Positions 10,214 through 20,323 of a DNA stretch of 64,000 nucleotides are shown one piece after another. A program made the translations under genes and the position numbers. The notes under the pieces are model-generated. The model did no database searches. It had not been told where the DNA came from and was given only the letters and a program-made list of their open reading frames with translations. The DNA is from an uncultured Aquiluna sp. (GTDB lineage: Bacteria; Actinomycetota; Actinomycetes; Actinomycetales; Microbacteriaceae), in assembly GCA_913775595.1 (NCBI GenBank), contig CAJYLB010000001.1, positions 868,001-932,000 of the forward strand. The letters run 5' to 3'. The stretch's first letter is position 1. Each line of letters starts with the position of its first letter.

Positions 10214-10941
10214 AGTTTCGCCCGCTCCAAGGTTCTGATCAGTGGCCTACCAAATACAAGCAGACAGGCTGCAATGCTCACAGCCCGAACGGTGTCCCAA
10301 GTGAGCGTTGAGCTAACAAGGCTGTAGGTGAGGAAACTCGTCAAATTCTCTGTCACACTTGCGCCCGCAACATAGGAAATGGAGGTCGTTGGACCGACGG
10401 CAAATGGCCAGAACCAGAGATTCATGATCAGACCAAATGCATAGCTGGCCATCACTCCATAGGCTGCGAGGGCAGGTATTCGCCATTTGCCGAGGGTGCG
10501 GCCGACGAGACCGGCCCCAGCACCTACCCAAGCGGTAGCGAAGATTTGGAATGCGGTCCACGGACCAAAGCCCCCGAAGAAGGTCGATGACACCAGGATC
10601 GTCATAGCGCCAAGCAAGAATCCAAAGCGTGGGCCCAGGGCAGCTCCTCCAACTATCACCACCAAAAACACCAGCTCAAAGCCGCCGGTGCCGCCGGTTG
10701 CAACTCGCAAGGCAGCACCGAGCGCTGCCAAAAGACCCAGAATCGCAAGCTGCTTTGGGCCAACTAGTTGGCCGTCAAAAACTACAAGCGTGGCAGCGAC
10801 AATGACAATTGCCGCAACGATCGCCAGTGTTCCTGCCAAAGACTGCTCAATGCCAGAGGCATCAAACCAGAGTGGCCAGAGGAAGACGGCGAGCGCCGCC
10901 AGTGACAAACCAGTGAGCATCAAGGACCGAACCGCACTCAT
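10210..10941 (-). CDS. ECF transporter S (substrate-binding) component
   Basis: Hydrophobic, with GPRFGFLLG, GPWTAFQ and WDTVRA motifs; operonic with the ECF ATPase. Confidence 0.85.
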   Translation of the reverse strand: MSAVRSLMLTGLSLAALAVFLWPLWFDASGIEQSLAGTLAIVAAIVIVAATLVVFDGQLVGPKQLAILGLLAALGAALRVATGGTGGFELVFLVVIVGGAALGPRFGFLLGAMTILVSSTFFGGFGPWTAFQIFATAWVGAGAGLVGRTLGKWRIPALAAYGVMASYAFGLIMNLWFWPFAVGPTTSISYVAGASVTENLTSFLTYSLVSSTLTWDTVRAVSIAACLLVFGRPLIRTLERAKL

Positions 10942-12725
10942 GCGAGAACCTCCCTAGCTTCCTGAAGTTCTTTGTTGGCAATTTCAAGCACTCGACCCGT
11001 GAGCCTGCGAGCAAAACCTAAGTCGTGGGTGGCAAGAATTACCGCACACCCCGTCTCTTGGACACAGCGAATTGTCTCCGCCATAAGCTCCCTAGACTGC
11101 GGGTCAAGACCCTGGACGGGCTCGTCTAGCAGCAGCAGCTGGGGTTTGTGAGAAAGCTGCATGGCAACACTCAAAGCCAGCTGGGTTCCAACCGAGAGAT
11201 CCAGTGGGTGCGCGTTCAGATTCGGCAGCTTTCCAAGAATGCTCTCAAGGCTTATTGCAGTCAGCCCAGGTTTAGCACCCGCAATCTTGTCTGCTCTCGC
11301 AAGCTCGCTGCCGAGCGAATCGCAAACAAAAAACTGGGAGGGGCGATCTGGCACCAGCGCGACTTTTCTGGGATCGGAACCAACCAGCTCCACACCGTAA
11401 ATAGCCAGCCCTCCCCCGGCAGGCTGTGCAAGTTGCCTAAGCAGGGTTGACTTGCCTGTTCCGTTTGCTCCGGTGATTGCCAGGCACTCAGCCTGACGCA
11501 AGCCGAGATCTACATCTCGGATGAGCACTCCCTGACCCACCCTCGTCATCTTTATCCGAGCTACCAGCTCACTCCCAACAACAACCTTGCGAAGGGCGGG
11601 GGGCTCAACTTCTCTGGAGTGAGGTTTGGTGAACTTGCCCTCGAATATCTCAAGAGCTTTGGCATTAGGAAGCTCAATTAGCTCAGGTCTGTGATCTGCA
11701 ATGAGCACAGTTGTCCCCTCGCTCGAGAGTTTGCTAACAAGCCGTGCGAGCTCACCTAAACCAGCTGAATCCAATGCTGCGGTCGGTTCATCAACCAGAA
11801 GCACCGCCGGCTTCCTGAGCACTGCCCGGGCAACTGCAACTCGATAGGCCTCTCCATGTGAGAGCAGGTGTGTGGCTTGGCAGGCAAGCTTTGCAACGCC
11901 CATCAGGTCATCAGCTATTGCCTGAGCACCCAGCTCCTCTTCCACGGTGCCGGCTATAAAACTCTGCTGGGGAAGCTGGGGAACCAAAGCCACAAACTTT
12001 GATGCTGCAAGCGAATCCAGCGGCTCTTCACCCAGAAGGATGCTCCCCTCGAATGACCTGCCCTGGTGTTCAGCAAGCTCACCTGCAATTGCCTGCAAAA
12101 ACGTGGACTTTCCCGATCCCGTTGGGCCGCCCAAAAGGAGCACATCCCCAGGAGCAAACTCCGCCGAAATCGGACCTAGCCCAGCGGCTTTGAAGCCGCT
12201 AACCACCAAAGTTTTGCTCTCTGCTTCTACCGGCACAGATTTAGCAAGCTCAAGTCCCAGCGCAGTTGCACGCTGAACCATGCGCTCCAAGATCGGCACC
12301 AAAACCGAAAGCCGTGTTTCTCCCCTGAGCCTTCGTGCCCAGTTGGCTTCTTTTGCTGCTGAAATGACTCCAGGAATCGCAGCGAGGGCAATAGCCAAAG
12401 CAGTTAGCAGGTTGCGAAGCGGCCTGAATCTCCTCGCTGCAAGCCTCACCCGCTCAGGGGTAACAACGGTAGCCAGTAACCCAAACGCAACAATCGACAG
12501 GGCGAATGGGAGTGCGAGCTCGATATTTCTAAGGATTCCCTCTGCGCTGACATCGCCGAAAAGAGTTATGTGCCTGAAGGGACCAGCAAGCTGAAGCTCT
12601 GGGAGGGAGAGCAGCACTTGATCACCGGAGAGTCCGGAAAAGACAAAGGCATAGACGAGCCGAAGGGCCACAAAGCCAGCAGCCAGAAGTGCCGCAAGCT
12701 TTACTCGACCCTTATACGAAGTCAC
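10938..12725 (-). CDS. Fused ECF T component plus two ABC ATPase domains
   Basis: N-terminal TM region with ARRLRG motif; two Walker A (GPTGSGKS, GANGTGKS) and two Walker B (LLVDEP, LLLDEP). Confidence 0.85.
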   Translation of the reverse strand: MTSYKGRVKLAALLAAGFVALRLVYAFVFSGLSGDQVLLSLPELQLAGPFRHITLFGDVSAEGILRNIELALPFALSIVAFGLLATVVTPERVRLAARRFRPLRNLLTALAIALAAIPGVISAAKEANWARRLRGETRLSVLVPILERMVQRATALGLELAKSVPVEAESKTLVVSGFKAAGLGPISAEFAPGDVLLLGGPTGSGKSTFLQAIAGELAEHQGRSFEGSILLGEEPLDSLAASKFVALVPQLPQQSFIAGTVEEELGAQAIADDLMGVAKLACQATHLLSHGEAYRVAVARAVLRKPAVLLVDEPTAALDSAGLGELARLVSKLSSEGTTVLIADHRPELIELPNAKALEIFEGKFTKPHSREVEPPALRKVVVGSELVARIKMTRVGQGVLIRDVDLGLRQAECLAITGANGTGKSTLLRQLAQPAGGGLAIYGVELVGSDPRKVALVPDRPSQFFVCDSLGSELARADKIAGAKPGLTAISLESILGKLPNLNAHPLDLSVGTQLALSVAMQLSHKPQLLLLDEPVQGLDPQSRELMAETIRCVQETGCAVILATHDLGFARRLTGRVLEIANKELQEAREVLA

Positions 12726-13204
12726 TAGGGTGTTGGCGCCTCACCGCCGAGGGAAAACGCCAGCCCCACTGACTGCCCCTTTGTGAGCTGCAGGGAGGAT
12801 ACGCCCTCCATTGCATAGCCCCACTCAGCCTGAGCAGACTCTTTGACCCAGAGGCCCCAGTAGGCAAATGCGGCTGGCATGTCCTCGCAGGTCTCGAGAT
12901 AAGGCTCTTCGCCTTCAACCAAGAGCTCTTCGTCGGACGATGGCACATTGTTCACCCTGCACACAACCGCATCGCCAAAGGCTTTGGTGCCCTCCACGCT
13001 CACGCCAGCAGCGGCAAGGACGTTCTTTGCAGTCTCGCTGTTGCCACCAATGACGACGCATCGCTCGATGTTCTCAGCCTGTCCGGAGAAATTAACCACG
13101 ACTGCAACCCCGTCGCAGCTTCCATCGCCAGCAAAGTCAGTGGTGCTGGAACAACTGGTTAGGGCAACTAGTCCCGCTACGAGCAGGGCAAAACGAGTTT
13201 TCAA
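12725..13204 (-). CDS. Lipoprotein associated with the ECF operon (candidate cobalamin-binding, DUF4430-like)
   Basis: RBS AGGAG then TTG at 13204; lipobox LTSC; VCRVNNVP, YWGLW and WGYAMEG motifs. Confidence 0.7.
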   Translation of the reverse strand: MKTRFALLVAGLVALTSCSSTTDFAGDGSCDGVAVVVNFSGQAENIERCVVIGGNSETAKNVLAAAGVSVEGTKAFGDAVVCRVNNVPSSDEELLVEGEEPYLETCEDMPAAFAYWGLWVKESAQAEWGYAMEGVSSLQLTKGQSVGLAFSLGGEAPTP

Positions 13205-13274
13205 AAGATCTCCTGGGGCTAAGCCGATATTGTAATCGCGAAATAACCAAGGTGCTGCGCGGGTTGTTAGCGCA

Positions 13275-13952
13275 ATGGATCTAACAGGTAAGAAGTTTTT
13301 GGTCGTTGGCGCATCTGGAGTCCTTGGTGCTGAGATAACCCGGCAGCTGCAGGACAAAGGTGCCACGGTTCTCGGCACAGCCAGAGTCAATGAGACGGCT
13401 GGAAACATTCCGGGCAAGGTGGAAATCAGGCTGCTACTCGACTACGAAAGCCCCGATAGCGTCAAGACCCTCACGGATTACCTAGTCGCATCTGCGGAGC
13501 TCGATGGGGTCATCAACGCCTCAGGACTTGTTGCCTTCGGTGAAGCTGCCTCGCTGGAGAGTGAGACTATTTCGCGCCTCATGGCAGTAAATGCCGCGGG
13601 ACCAATGCAACTTCTCTCGGCCCTGCAGCCTGTCCTGGCGAAGAAGGAGGAGAGCGTGGTCGTAAACCTCACGGGAGTGGTTGCAGAGACCCCGCTTCCT
13701 GGAATCGCCGCCTACTCCGCTAGTAAGTGCGCCATTGACGGCTTCCTAACCGGCGTTGCAAGAGAGTGGCGCCGATCCGGCACCAGAGTCATCTCAGCTC
13801 GCCCTGGACACACAGAGACAGGGCTCGCTGGCAGAGCAATTGCAGGTGAATCTCCGAAGTTTCCAGAGGGTATGACCGCGCAGCACGTTGCAGCACGTAT
13901 CATCACGGCAATTGAGACGGACGAGAAAGAGCTTCCAGCTAGCGAGTTCTAA
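13275..13952 (+). CDS. SDR-family oxidoreductase
   Basis: VGASGVLG Rossmann motif; catalytic YSASK. Confidence 0.9.
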   Translation: MDLTGKKFLVVGASGVLGAEITRQLQDKGATVLGTARVNETAGNIPGKVEIRLLLDYESPDSVKTLTDYLVASAELDGVINASGLVAFGEAASLESETISRLMAVNAAGPMQLLSALQPVLAKKEESVVVNLTGVVAETPLPGIAAYSASKCAIDGFLTGVAREWRRSGTRVISARPGHTETGLAGRAIAGESPKFPEGMTAQHVAARIITAIETDEKELPASEF

Positions 13953-14727
13953 TTCTGAAGCTGTAGGTTCGCGCCTCTAACGGCTCTAGAAGATGCTTTT
14001 GGATTTCTGAGGCAAAGGCATTGGCCGGCGCGCTCATTGGCTCGATAGCCAACATCGAATCCCCCTGATCCTTGCCTGGGCGGTAGAACATCATGTGGTC
14101 GAGGTTTTCCTCTAGTTCAACGACCAACTCGTGAGTGCTGGTCTTCAAAGTTGCCTCTTTAGAACCCAGGTAGCAGGCATCTATCTCACCGCCAGTAAAG
14201 CTGAGCCCATGAATCGATCTGGACGCTTTTGGCAACATCCGAGAGTCCGTATCTATGACGGTTGTGAAATCTCCCGAGAGCTCAAAGGGCTCGGCTGCCA
14301 AGAAGTAGGGGTGGAAACCGATAGCAAAAGGTGCTGGAGATTCACCCTTGTTGGTCGCCTCCGCTGACACGCGCAGAAAAGTGTCTCCAAGTTCGAAGCG
14401 AATTTCTAGTCTGACGCTGAATGGATACCCAGCATCGCTGCCGAACTGGTAGCCGAGAGTGATTTCCGTCTCCCCGGCAGTGATGAGCTCAAAATCTCTA
14501 TCAAAAACGAGTCCGTGGTTGGCATTGGAATCTGCATCGAGCTTTCCGGCCACTAATTCTCGGCCTCCAAGCTCGTAAGTCCCGCCAGCGAGGCGATTTG
14601 GCCAGGGCGCAAGGACAGAGCCAAAGAAGATTTCACCCGGATTGTTAGCCGCATTGTGGTCAATTAGTTGCTTGCCACCAAGAGTTAGAGCTTCAAGTGC
14701 TGCGCCAGTTTTGGAAATAAGTGCCAT
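13939..14727 (-). CDS. Aldose 1-epimerase family protein (GalM-like)
   Basis: PWPNR, NHG, GFHPYF and IEPM motifs; divergent from galT; start uncertain. Confidence 0.85.
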   Translation of the reverse strand: MALISKTGAALEALTLGGKQLIDHNAANNPGEIFFGSVLAPWPNRLAGGTYELGGRELVAGKLDADSNANHGLVFDRDFELITAGETEITLGYQFGSDAGYPFSVRLEIRFELGDTFLRVSAEATNKGESPAPFAIGFHPYFLAAEPFELSGDFTTVIDTDSRMLPKASRSIHGLSFTGGEIDACYLGSKEATLKTSTHELVVELEENLDHMMFYRPGKDQGDSMLAIEPMSAPANAFASEIQKHLLEPLEARTYSFRIRTR

Positions 14728-14829
14728 ACTGGTACCACTCTCGGTAGCCCGAGACATACTCAGTTGCTTTTCAGGGTCGCTTTGGCGCACCCAACAATGT
14801 TAGTGAGAACGAGTAGTTAGGCACCTGAG

Positions 14830-15903
14830 TTGAAGCCAAGAATCGATGCCAAGCTCTTTGATGAGCGCGACATCTTCTTTTTCGATGATGCTGGCTCCAG
14901 CCTGCCGCCAACGCGCTCCGCAGATCAGCGCGAAAAGGCTGAGCGTCCCCAAACCGCCCAGCTTCGCTTTGATCCGCTTAGTAGCGAGTGGATTACTGTC
15001 GCTTCTCACAGGCAATCCAGGGCCTTCCTACCTCCGGCCCACGTCTGTCCGCTCTGCCCAACCACCAAAGACAACCTGAGTGAGCTGCCCGACATGTTTG
15101 ATGTCGCTGTATTCGAAAACAAGGGGCCTGCCTTTGGTCCTGGTGTTGGTCAGATCGATCAGCCCAATGGACAAAGATTTGGCTTTGCAACGAATTCTTT
15201 TGGCCGCTGCGAGGTGGTTGTGTTCTCACCCGAGCACGAGGGCAGCCTCGGTGCAATGCCAACAGAGCGCATCAGGACAGTAATCGGCGCATGGATGAAC
15301 CGAACTGCAGAGCTCCAAGAGCTGGATGGTGTGGTTCAAGTCTTCCCGTTTGAAAATCGCGGCCAGGAAATTGGTGTGACTCTGCACCACCCTCACGGCC
15401 AAATCTATGCTTATCCATTTGTGACCCCGGTTACGAAGAAGCTCCTCAACGCGGTTTCTAGCTACTCGGGTGACTTTTTTGCAGATTTACTTGAATTCGA
15501 AACCGGTGGTGAGCGGGTGGTGCTGGAGAGCGAGAGTTTCACAGCGTATGTGCCATATGCTGCAAAGTGGCCTATCGAGCTTCACCTAATGCCAAAACAA
15601 GGCATCCCGGATCTCTCTCAACTAAGTGGAGATGAGGCCGACGAGCTGGCCGATGTCTACAAGAGAATTCTTTTTGGTCTCGACAAGCTCTACTCGGGGC
15701 CCACTCCCTACATCTCCGCCTGGCACCAGGCGCCGATGATTGAAAACCGCGAGCGCATCAGGCTGATGCTGCAGATTACCTCTCCGAGAAGGGCAGAGGA
15801 TAAGCTGAAGTACCTGGCAGGTTCCGAAAGCGCTATGGGTGCTTTCGTTGGAGACCTGGCACCAGAGGACACAGCAAACAGGTTGCGCGAGGTTATTTCT
15901 TGA
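14830..15903 (+). CDS. galT: Galactose-1-phosphate uridylyltransferase
   Basis: CPLCP, FENRG, HPHGQ active site, AGSES. Confidence 0.95.
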   Translation: MKPRIDAKLFDERDIFFFDDAGSSLPPTRSADQREKAERPQTAQLRFDPLSSEWITVASHRQSRAFLPPAHVCPLCPTTKDNLSELPDMFDVAVFENKGPAFGPGVGQIDQPNGQRFGFATNSFGRCEVVVFSPEHEGSLGAMPTERIRTVIGAWMNRTAELQELDGVVQVFPFENRGQEIGVTLHHPHGQIYAYPFVTPVTKKLLNAVSSYSGDFFADLLEFETGGERVVLESESFTAYVPYAAKWPIELHLMPKQGIPDLSQLSGDEADELADVYKRILFGLDKLYSGPTPYISAWHQAPMIENRERIRLMLQITSPRRAEDKLKYLAGSESAMGAFVGDLAPEDTANRLREVIS

Positions 15904-17036
15904 GTCTTGAGAAAGCAAAGAGCGGTTTTCTAGAAGCTTTCGGGTATCAGCCAGAGGGCGTCTGGTCCGCCCCCGGTAGGGCAAACCTCATTGGCGAACA
16001 CACCGACTACAACAACGGCTTTGTCTTCCCATTTGGCATCGACCGCAGGACCTATGTGGCATTATCTCCTCGCAAGGACATGCTCTGCAGGGTTAGCTCA
16101 GAGCTTGATTCCAAGACCTACGAATACGTAATCTCCAAAAAGATGCCTAAGAACCTAGATTGGGCACTTTATCCTCTAGGCGTCGCCTGGGTTATGAGCG
16201 AGGGTGCCAAGAGTGGCTTCGATGCCTTCATTGTCTCGGATGTTCCGGTGGGAGCGGGGTTATCTTCATCTGCGGCCATCGAGTGCTCGGTGGGAACTGC
16301 ACTAAATGAGATTTGGAATGCCGGTAAGACTAGGCAAGAGTTAGCTCTAATTGGCCAACGTGCTGAGAACGAGGTTGTGGGAGCCCCAACGGGAATCATG
16401 GACCAGACCGCCTCGATGCTGGCGCAGAAGGATGCGGCGGTCATGATTGACTGCCAGAGCCTGGAGACGGAGCTGGTGAACCTCGGGCTTTCCAGCCAGG
16501 GACTAACCGTTGCGGTTATCGACACCAGAGTTGCTCACCGTCACTCAGATGGCGGCTACCGCTCAAGGCGTGATGCCTGTGAGAAAGGCGCCAAGAGGAT
16601 GGGCGTTTCCTCGCTGAGAGAGCTCACCGAGCAGGACCTTCCAGCGATGGAAGAGAAGCTTGACGATGTCACCTATAGACGCTGCAAGCACGTCGTAACC
16701 GAAAACCGTAGGGTTCTCGATGCAGTTGAGGCGCTAAAAAAGGGTGATCTGGCAAGGCTTGGAGAACTGCTGCTGCAGTCTCACGCCTCAATGCGGGACG
16801 ACTTTGAAATCTCAGTTGTAGAGCTCGACACCGCAGTGGAGCTAGCAATGGAAGTTGGCGCAGTTGGCTCAAGAATGACCGGTGGTGGATTCGGTGGTGC
16901 TGCAATCGCGATCATCGACGAGAGCAAGATGGAGCTACTCAGGGAGCACTGCAAGGCAATCTTTGCAAAGAAGGGTTTTGCCGAGCCAAATGTGTTTTCA
17001 GTAGCGCCGAGTGATGGGGCAAGAAGAGACGCCTAG
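15900..17036 (+). CDS. galK: Galactokinase
   Basis: GRANLIGEHTDYN, PVGAGLSSSAA, MTGGGFGG. Confidence 0.97.
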   Translation: MSLEKAKSGFLEAFGYQPEGVWSAPGRANLIGEHTDYNNGFVFPFGIDRRTYVALSPRKDMLCRVSSELDSKTYEYVISKKMPKNLDWALYPLGVAWVMSEGAKSGFDAFIVSDVPVGAGLSSSAAIECSVGTALNEIWNAGKTRQELALIGQRAENEVVGAPTGIMDQTASMLAQKDAAVMIDCQSLETELVNLGLSSQGLTVAVIDTRVAHRHSDGGYRSRRDACEKGAKRMGVSSLRELTEQDLPAMEEKLDDVTYRRCKHVVTENRRVLDAVEALKKGDLARLGELLLQSHASMRDDFEISVVELDTAVELAMEVGAVGSRMTGGGFGGAAIAIIDESKMELLREHCKAIFAKKGFAEPNVFSVAPSDGARRDA

Positions 17037-17617
17037 GGCGTAGCCAAAATCTCGACCCCGGCATCAGCCATGTCGTCGATTGCGGCTTCGGTGCTGTCAG
17101 GTGCAACCCCTGCGGTGAGCGAGGTGATCACCTTCACTGCAAGCCCCTCTGAAACCGCATCCAGCGAGGAAGCCCTAACGCAGTAGTCGGTTGCTATTCC
17201 CACGACATCCACCTCGTCAATCTCTAACCTCTTCAAGAGGTCGGTGAGAGCCTCGCCCTGGTCGGTTATCCCCTCAAAGATTGAGTAGCCGTGAGCCCCC
17301 TGCCCCTTCTTGATGTGGACATCGATGATTGAACTGTCGAGGTTCGGGTGGTAATCCGCCCCCTCGTCTCCTGCTAGGCAGTGCAGTGGCCAGGTGTTCA
17401 CGAAGTCTGGCTCCTGACCCTCTGGGGGAAAGTGACCACCGTTTTCCTCGCCGGGGGTGTGCCAGTCCCTCGAGGCAATGACAAAGTCGTAGCGATTTGG
17501 ATTTTCGTTTACGTAGCTCGTGATCTTGCTAGCAACCGCAGCTCCACCTGAACATGCGAGAGCCCCGCCCTCGCAGAAATCGTTCTGGACGTCAATGATG
17601 AATAGTGCGTTTGCCAT
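17033..17617 (-). CDS. pncA: Nicotinamidase/pyrazinamidase (isochorismatase family)
   Basis: IDVQNDF, DWH, WPLHC and GIATDYC motifs. Confidence 0.9.
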   Translation of the reverse strand: MANALFIIDVQNDFCEGGALACSGGAAVASKITSYVNENPNRYDFVIASRDWHTPGEENGGHFPPEGQEPDFVNTWPLHCLAGDEGADYHPNLDSSIIDVHIKKGQGAHGYSIFEGITDQGEALTDLLKRLEIDEVDVVGIATDYCVRASSLDAVSEGLAVKVITSLTAGVAPDSTEAAIDDMADAGVEILATP

Positions 17618-17619
17618 AG

Positions 17620-18999
17620 CTACCTGTTTACCAGATTCACTCCGCAGTCATAGAAACCCATAACCAGCGCATCCATGGCCTCGCGGTGTTTGATTTGGAC
17701 ATCACCAAGGTTGTAGACCGTAAAGATGAGTTTGTCCTGGTCGTCGGGCTCCAGGTAACCTGCGAGCGAGTAGCCGGTCCGAATCCAGCCGGTCTTTGCA
17801 ACTATGTTTCCAACCGCATCCTCAAACCTGTAGCTAAGAGATCCCGGCGTTCCCGCGACCGGCATGCCAGCTCGAATTACCTCGAAGTCTCCGTAGCCCG
17901 CATCAATCAGTTGCAGCAGTTGATTCACAGTTGCTGGCGCAATTTGGTTGTAGCGCGACAGCCCCGATCCGTCTTCTACGACGAGCCCACTCAGATCTAA
18001 TCCGGTGTCCCTGAGTGCGCGCTGGTATGCCTGTGTTAGTGAGCTGAATGAGCCGTTCAAACCCACGTCCAACGAGACAAGTCTCGAGATGGCCTCGGCT
18101 AGAGAGTTGTCGCTCACAACCAACATGTAATCAATCCAGGTGGACATCCTGGCCGAGCGAACGCTGGCAATCTCGACTGCATCCGGCGGCGTTACGCCTT
18201 TTTCAATTACAGAGTCAGTCGCGCTTTCACCAAGGGCCTCCTTAAACCATTCACCCGCTCGTGTCACCGGATCGGTTGAGCGTGGAGAGTCCTTTGCCTG
18301 AGGATTATCGCGATCGCCATCCACCTGAAGCGCGGAAACTGGAGACATGTAGCCGTTGGTGAGCCCGCGCTGATCCCAAACGCTTTGATACTCGCCATCG
18401 GCTGAGCCGTAAATCGTGCTGTCTAGGACAATCTGACTAAAAGTCTGGGAACTGTCCCAACTAGAAATCTGATTTGCAAGGTCTGCAAGGTCTGGGGCGT
18501 TGTCATAAACGGAGTCGATACCAATCCCGGTTCTCGAGAGCGTTATGTCTCCCGCACCCACCAGATAGATGATGCTTGGGTCGAGCGCATCAACGTAGAC
18601 CCTTGTTGTCACCCGATAGTTAGGACCGAGGGTTTCCAGGGCAGCCGCTGCTGTGAAGAGCTTCATGATGGATGCAGAACGTGCAGGGGTTGCGCTGCCC
18701 CTGTCGAAGAGCACCTCACCCGTCGCGGCGTTGATCACCTGCGCTTGAAGATCCAAAATGTCCTCGGCATCCTCCAGCTCACTCACCGAGCACTCAATGA
18801 CCTCGGGCTCGGGCTCAACCGTCTCTGACTCTGTGGGCTCGGGCTGGGCCTCAAGGGTCGCCTCGGGCTGCGCGGTCTGGGTCTGCGTGGCTACAGGTGA
18901 TGGACTCGCATCAAGCGACCAGGGTCCGTTGAACAGTGCTAGCAGGATTACCAGGCCTGCAGCAAGGCCACTGCTGACGCCAATAAAGATGTGTTTCAT
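17620..18999 (-). CDS. dacB: D-Ala-D-Ala carboxypeptidase/endopeptidase (peptidase S13)
   Basis: SIMK (SxxK), SDN, DGSGLS and KTG motifs; N-terminal anchor. Confidence 0.92.
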   Translation of the reverse strand: MKHIFIGVSSGLAAGLVILLALFNGPWSLDASPSPVATQTQTAQPEATLEAQPEPTESETVEPEPEVIECSVSELEDAEDILDLQAQVINAATGEVLFDRGSATPARSASIMKLFTAAAALETLGPNYRVTTRVYVDALDPSIIYLVGAGDITLSRTGIGIDSVYDNAPDLADLANQISSWDSSQTFSQIVLDSTIYGSADGEYQSVWDQRGLTNGYMSPVSALQVDGDRDNPQAKDSPRSTDPVTRAGEWFKEALGESATDSVIEKGVTPPDAVEIASVRSARMSTWIDYMLVVSDNSLAEAISRLVSLDVGLNGSFSSLTQAYQRALRDTGLDLSGLVVEDGSGLSRYNQIAPATVNQLLQLIDAGYGDFEVIRAGMPVAGTPGSLSYRFEDAVGNIVAKTGWIRTGYSLAGYLEPDDQDKLIFTVYNLGDVQIKHREAMDALVMGFYDCGVNLVNR

Positions 19000-19022
19000 C
19001 TCACCTGCCTAGACTTTCAACA

Positions 19023-19544
19023 ATGAAGCATAAACTCTGGGCTTTGCTGATGGCCCTGCTCGTGGCCTTTCCGCTACCAGCGAAGGCACACGACCAACTC
19101 GTCGATCAATCGCCTGCTGAGGGTGAGAGCGTTGCCGCAGGTGTTGTGAATCTCAGGCTCACCTTCAATAACGAGCTGCTTGAAATCGAAACGGGTAACG
19201 AGATTGTTGTGACCTCGCCATCGGGAGCTGTGGTCTATGCCGGTTGCCTTCCAACTCAGGGGCGAGATGGTGTGCTGCCACTAGATCTCGACGAGGCGGG
19301 AGACTACGAAGTTTCCTGGCGAGTGGTCTCCCAAGATGGTCATCCCATCTCGGACAGCTTTGAGTTTTCTCTCGTGAATGTCAGTGGCTATGTCTCAAAC
19401 AAGGACTTTGCCTACCCGGATTGTGCTGGGGAAGTGGCCGTTGACGAGGAGCAGCCCGAAATCGGCTACTGGGTGCTTTGGTTATCGCTTGGAGTTGTTG
19501 CCGCCGGAGTTTTTTTCTTCCTTAGGCCTAAGAACAGACCATAG
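19023..19544 (+). CDS. copC: CopC copper-binding protein with C-terminal membrane anchor
   Basis: Signal peptide ending A-K-A followed by His; WRVVSQDGH motif; C-terminal TM. Confidence 0.85.
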   Translation: MKHKLWALLMALLVAFPLPAKAHDQLVDQSPAEGESVAAGVVNLRLTFNNELLEIETGNEIVVTSPSGAVVYAGCLPTQGRDGVLPLDLDEAGDYEVSWRVVSQDGHPISDSFEFSLVNVSGYVSNKDFAYPDCAGEVAVDEEQPEIGYWVLWLSLGVVAAGVFFFLRPKNRP

Positions 19545-19862
19545 GTAGCCAAGCGCGGTCAGAACCAGACCTCCAACAACGCTCTCAACGCCGAGCGCAA
19601 ACCTGCCACCTGCGGGCGCTGCGAGCAGGCTGTAGAAGACGTTCAATGCCGTTGCGTTCATCAGTCCCGCCACCACCGAGAGCATCGCGAGCCGCCCGAT
19701 CCACCACTTTTCATTGATCACCTTTGAAGAGGACCAGATAATGAGAACCGTAAGTCCCATGCCCACAACACCCTGAGCGATCATCAGCTCCAGCTGAGGG
19801 TGGTACAGGTAGCTCAGGGTGGCGATGATGCCAAAGGCAAGTGGCCAAAATGGTGATTTCAT
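19482..19862 (-). CDS. Hypothetical 4-TM membrane protein
   Basis: Hydrophobic ORF overlapping the upstream DUF1801 gene by 4 nt (translational coupling). Confidence 0.6.
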   Translation of the reverse strand: MKSPFWPLAFGIIATLSYLYHPQLELMIAQGVVGMGLTVLIIWSSSKVINEKWWIGRLAMLSVVAGLMNATALNVFYSLLAAPAGGRFALGVESVVGGLVLTALGYLWSVLRPKEEKNSGGNNSKR

Positions 19863-20323
19863 TTCCTCATCTTCCTCGCGCTGCCTCGGACTTCGAGATA
19901 ACGCGAAACATACTCTTCAACCGTAACCTGCCCGAGGGCTCTCTGGATGACATCAAGCGGAGCAGAGTCAAGGTCTTTGAATCTGATACACGCCTTGCCA
20001 ACATTCAGCTTTTTACCGCTTGCTTTCCAGTCGGCTTCAAACTTTTCCCTTGCCTCGTCAAAGGCGTAGATCGACATTAGGTAAAGCGAGATGTATTGCT
20101 TCTGCGAGGCAATGGCCGCATAAAGAAGCGGCTGGTTGTTGTAGGTGTTCTCCACTGTGGAGAAAGGTACCTGGTAAGAGATCATGCCCCAGTTCATGGC
20201 CTCCTCCAGCCCTTGCGGCAAGTGCTTCAGACAAAGCTCTCGCAGCGTCGCTACGTCTTTCGAGCGCTCAGGTTCTAGCTCAGCGAGATAGCTCTCTACG
20301 CTGCTAGCGCTCGATGAGACCAC
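19859..20323 (-). CDS. DUF1801 (YdhG-like) protein
   Basis: WGMISY, ASQKQYISLY and GKACIRFK motifs. Confidence 0.85.
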   Translation of the reverse strand: MVSSSASSVESYLAELEPERSKDVATLRELCLKHLPQGLEEAMNWGMISYQVPFSTVENTYNNQPLLYAAIASQKQYISLYLMSIYAFDEAREKFEADWKASGKKLNVGKACIRFKDLDSAPLDVIQRALGQVTVEEYVSRYLEVRGSARKMRK

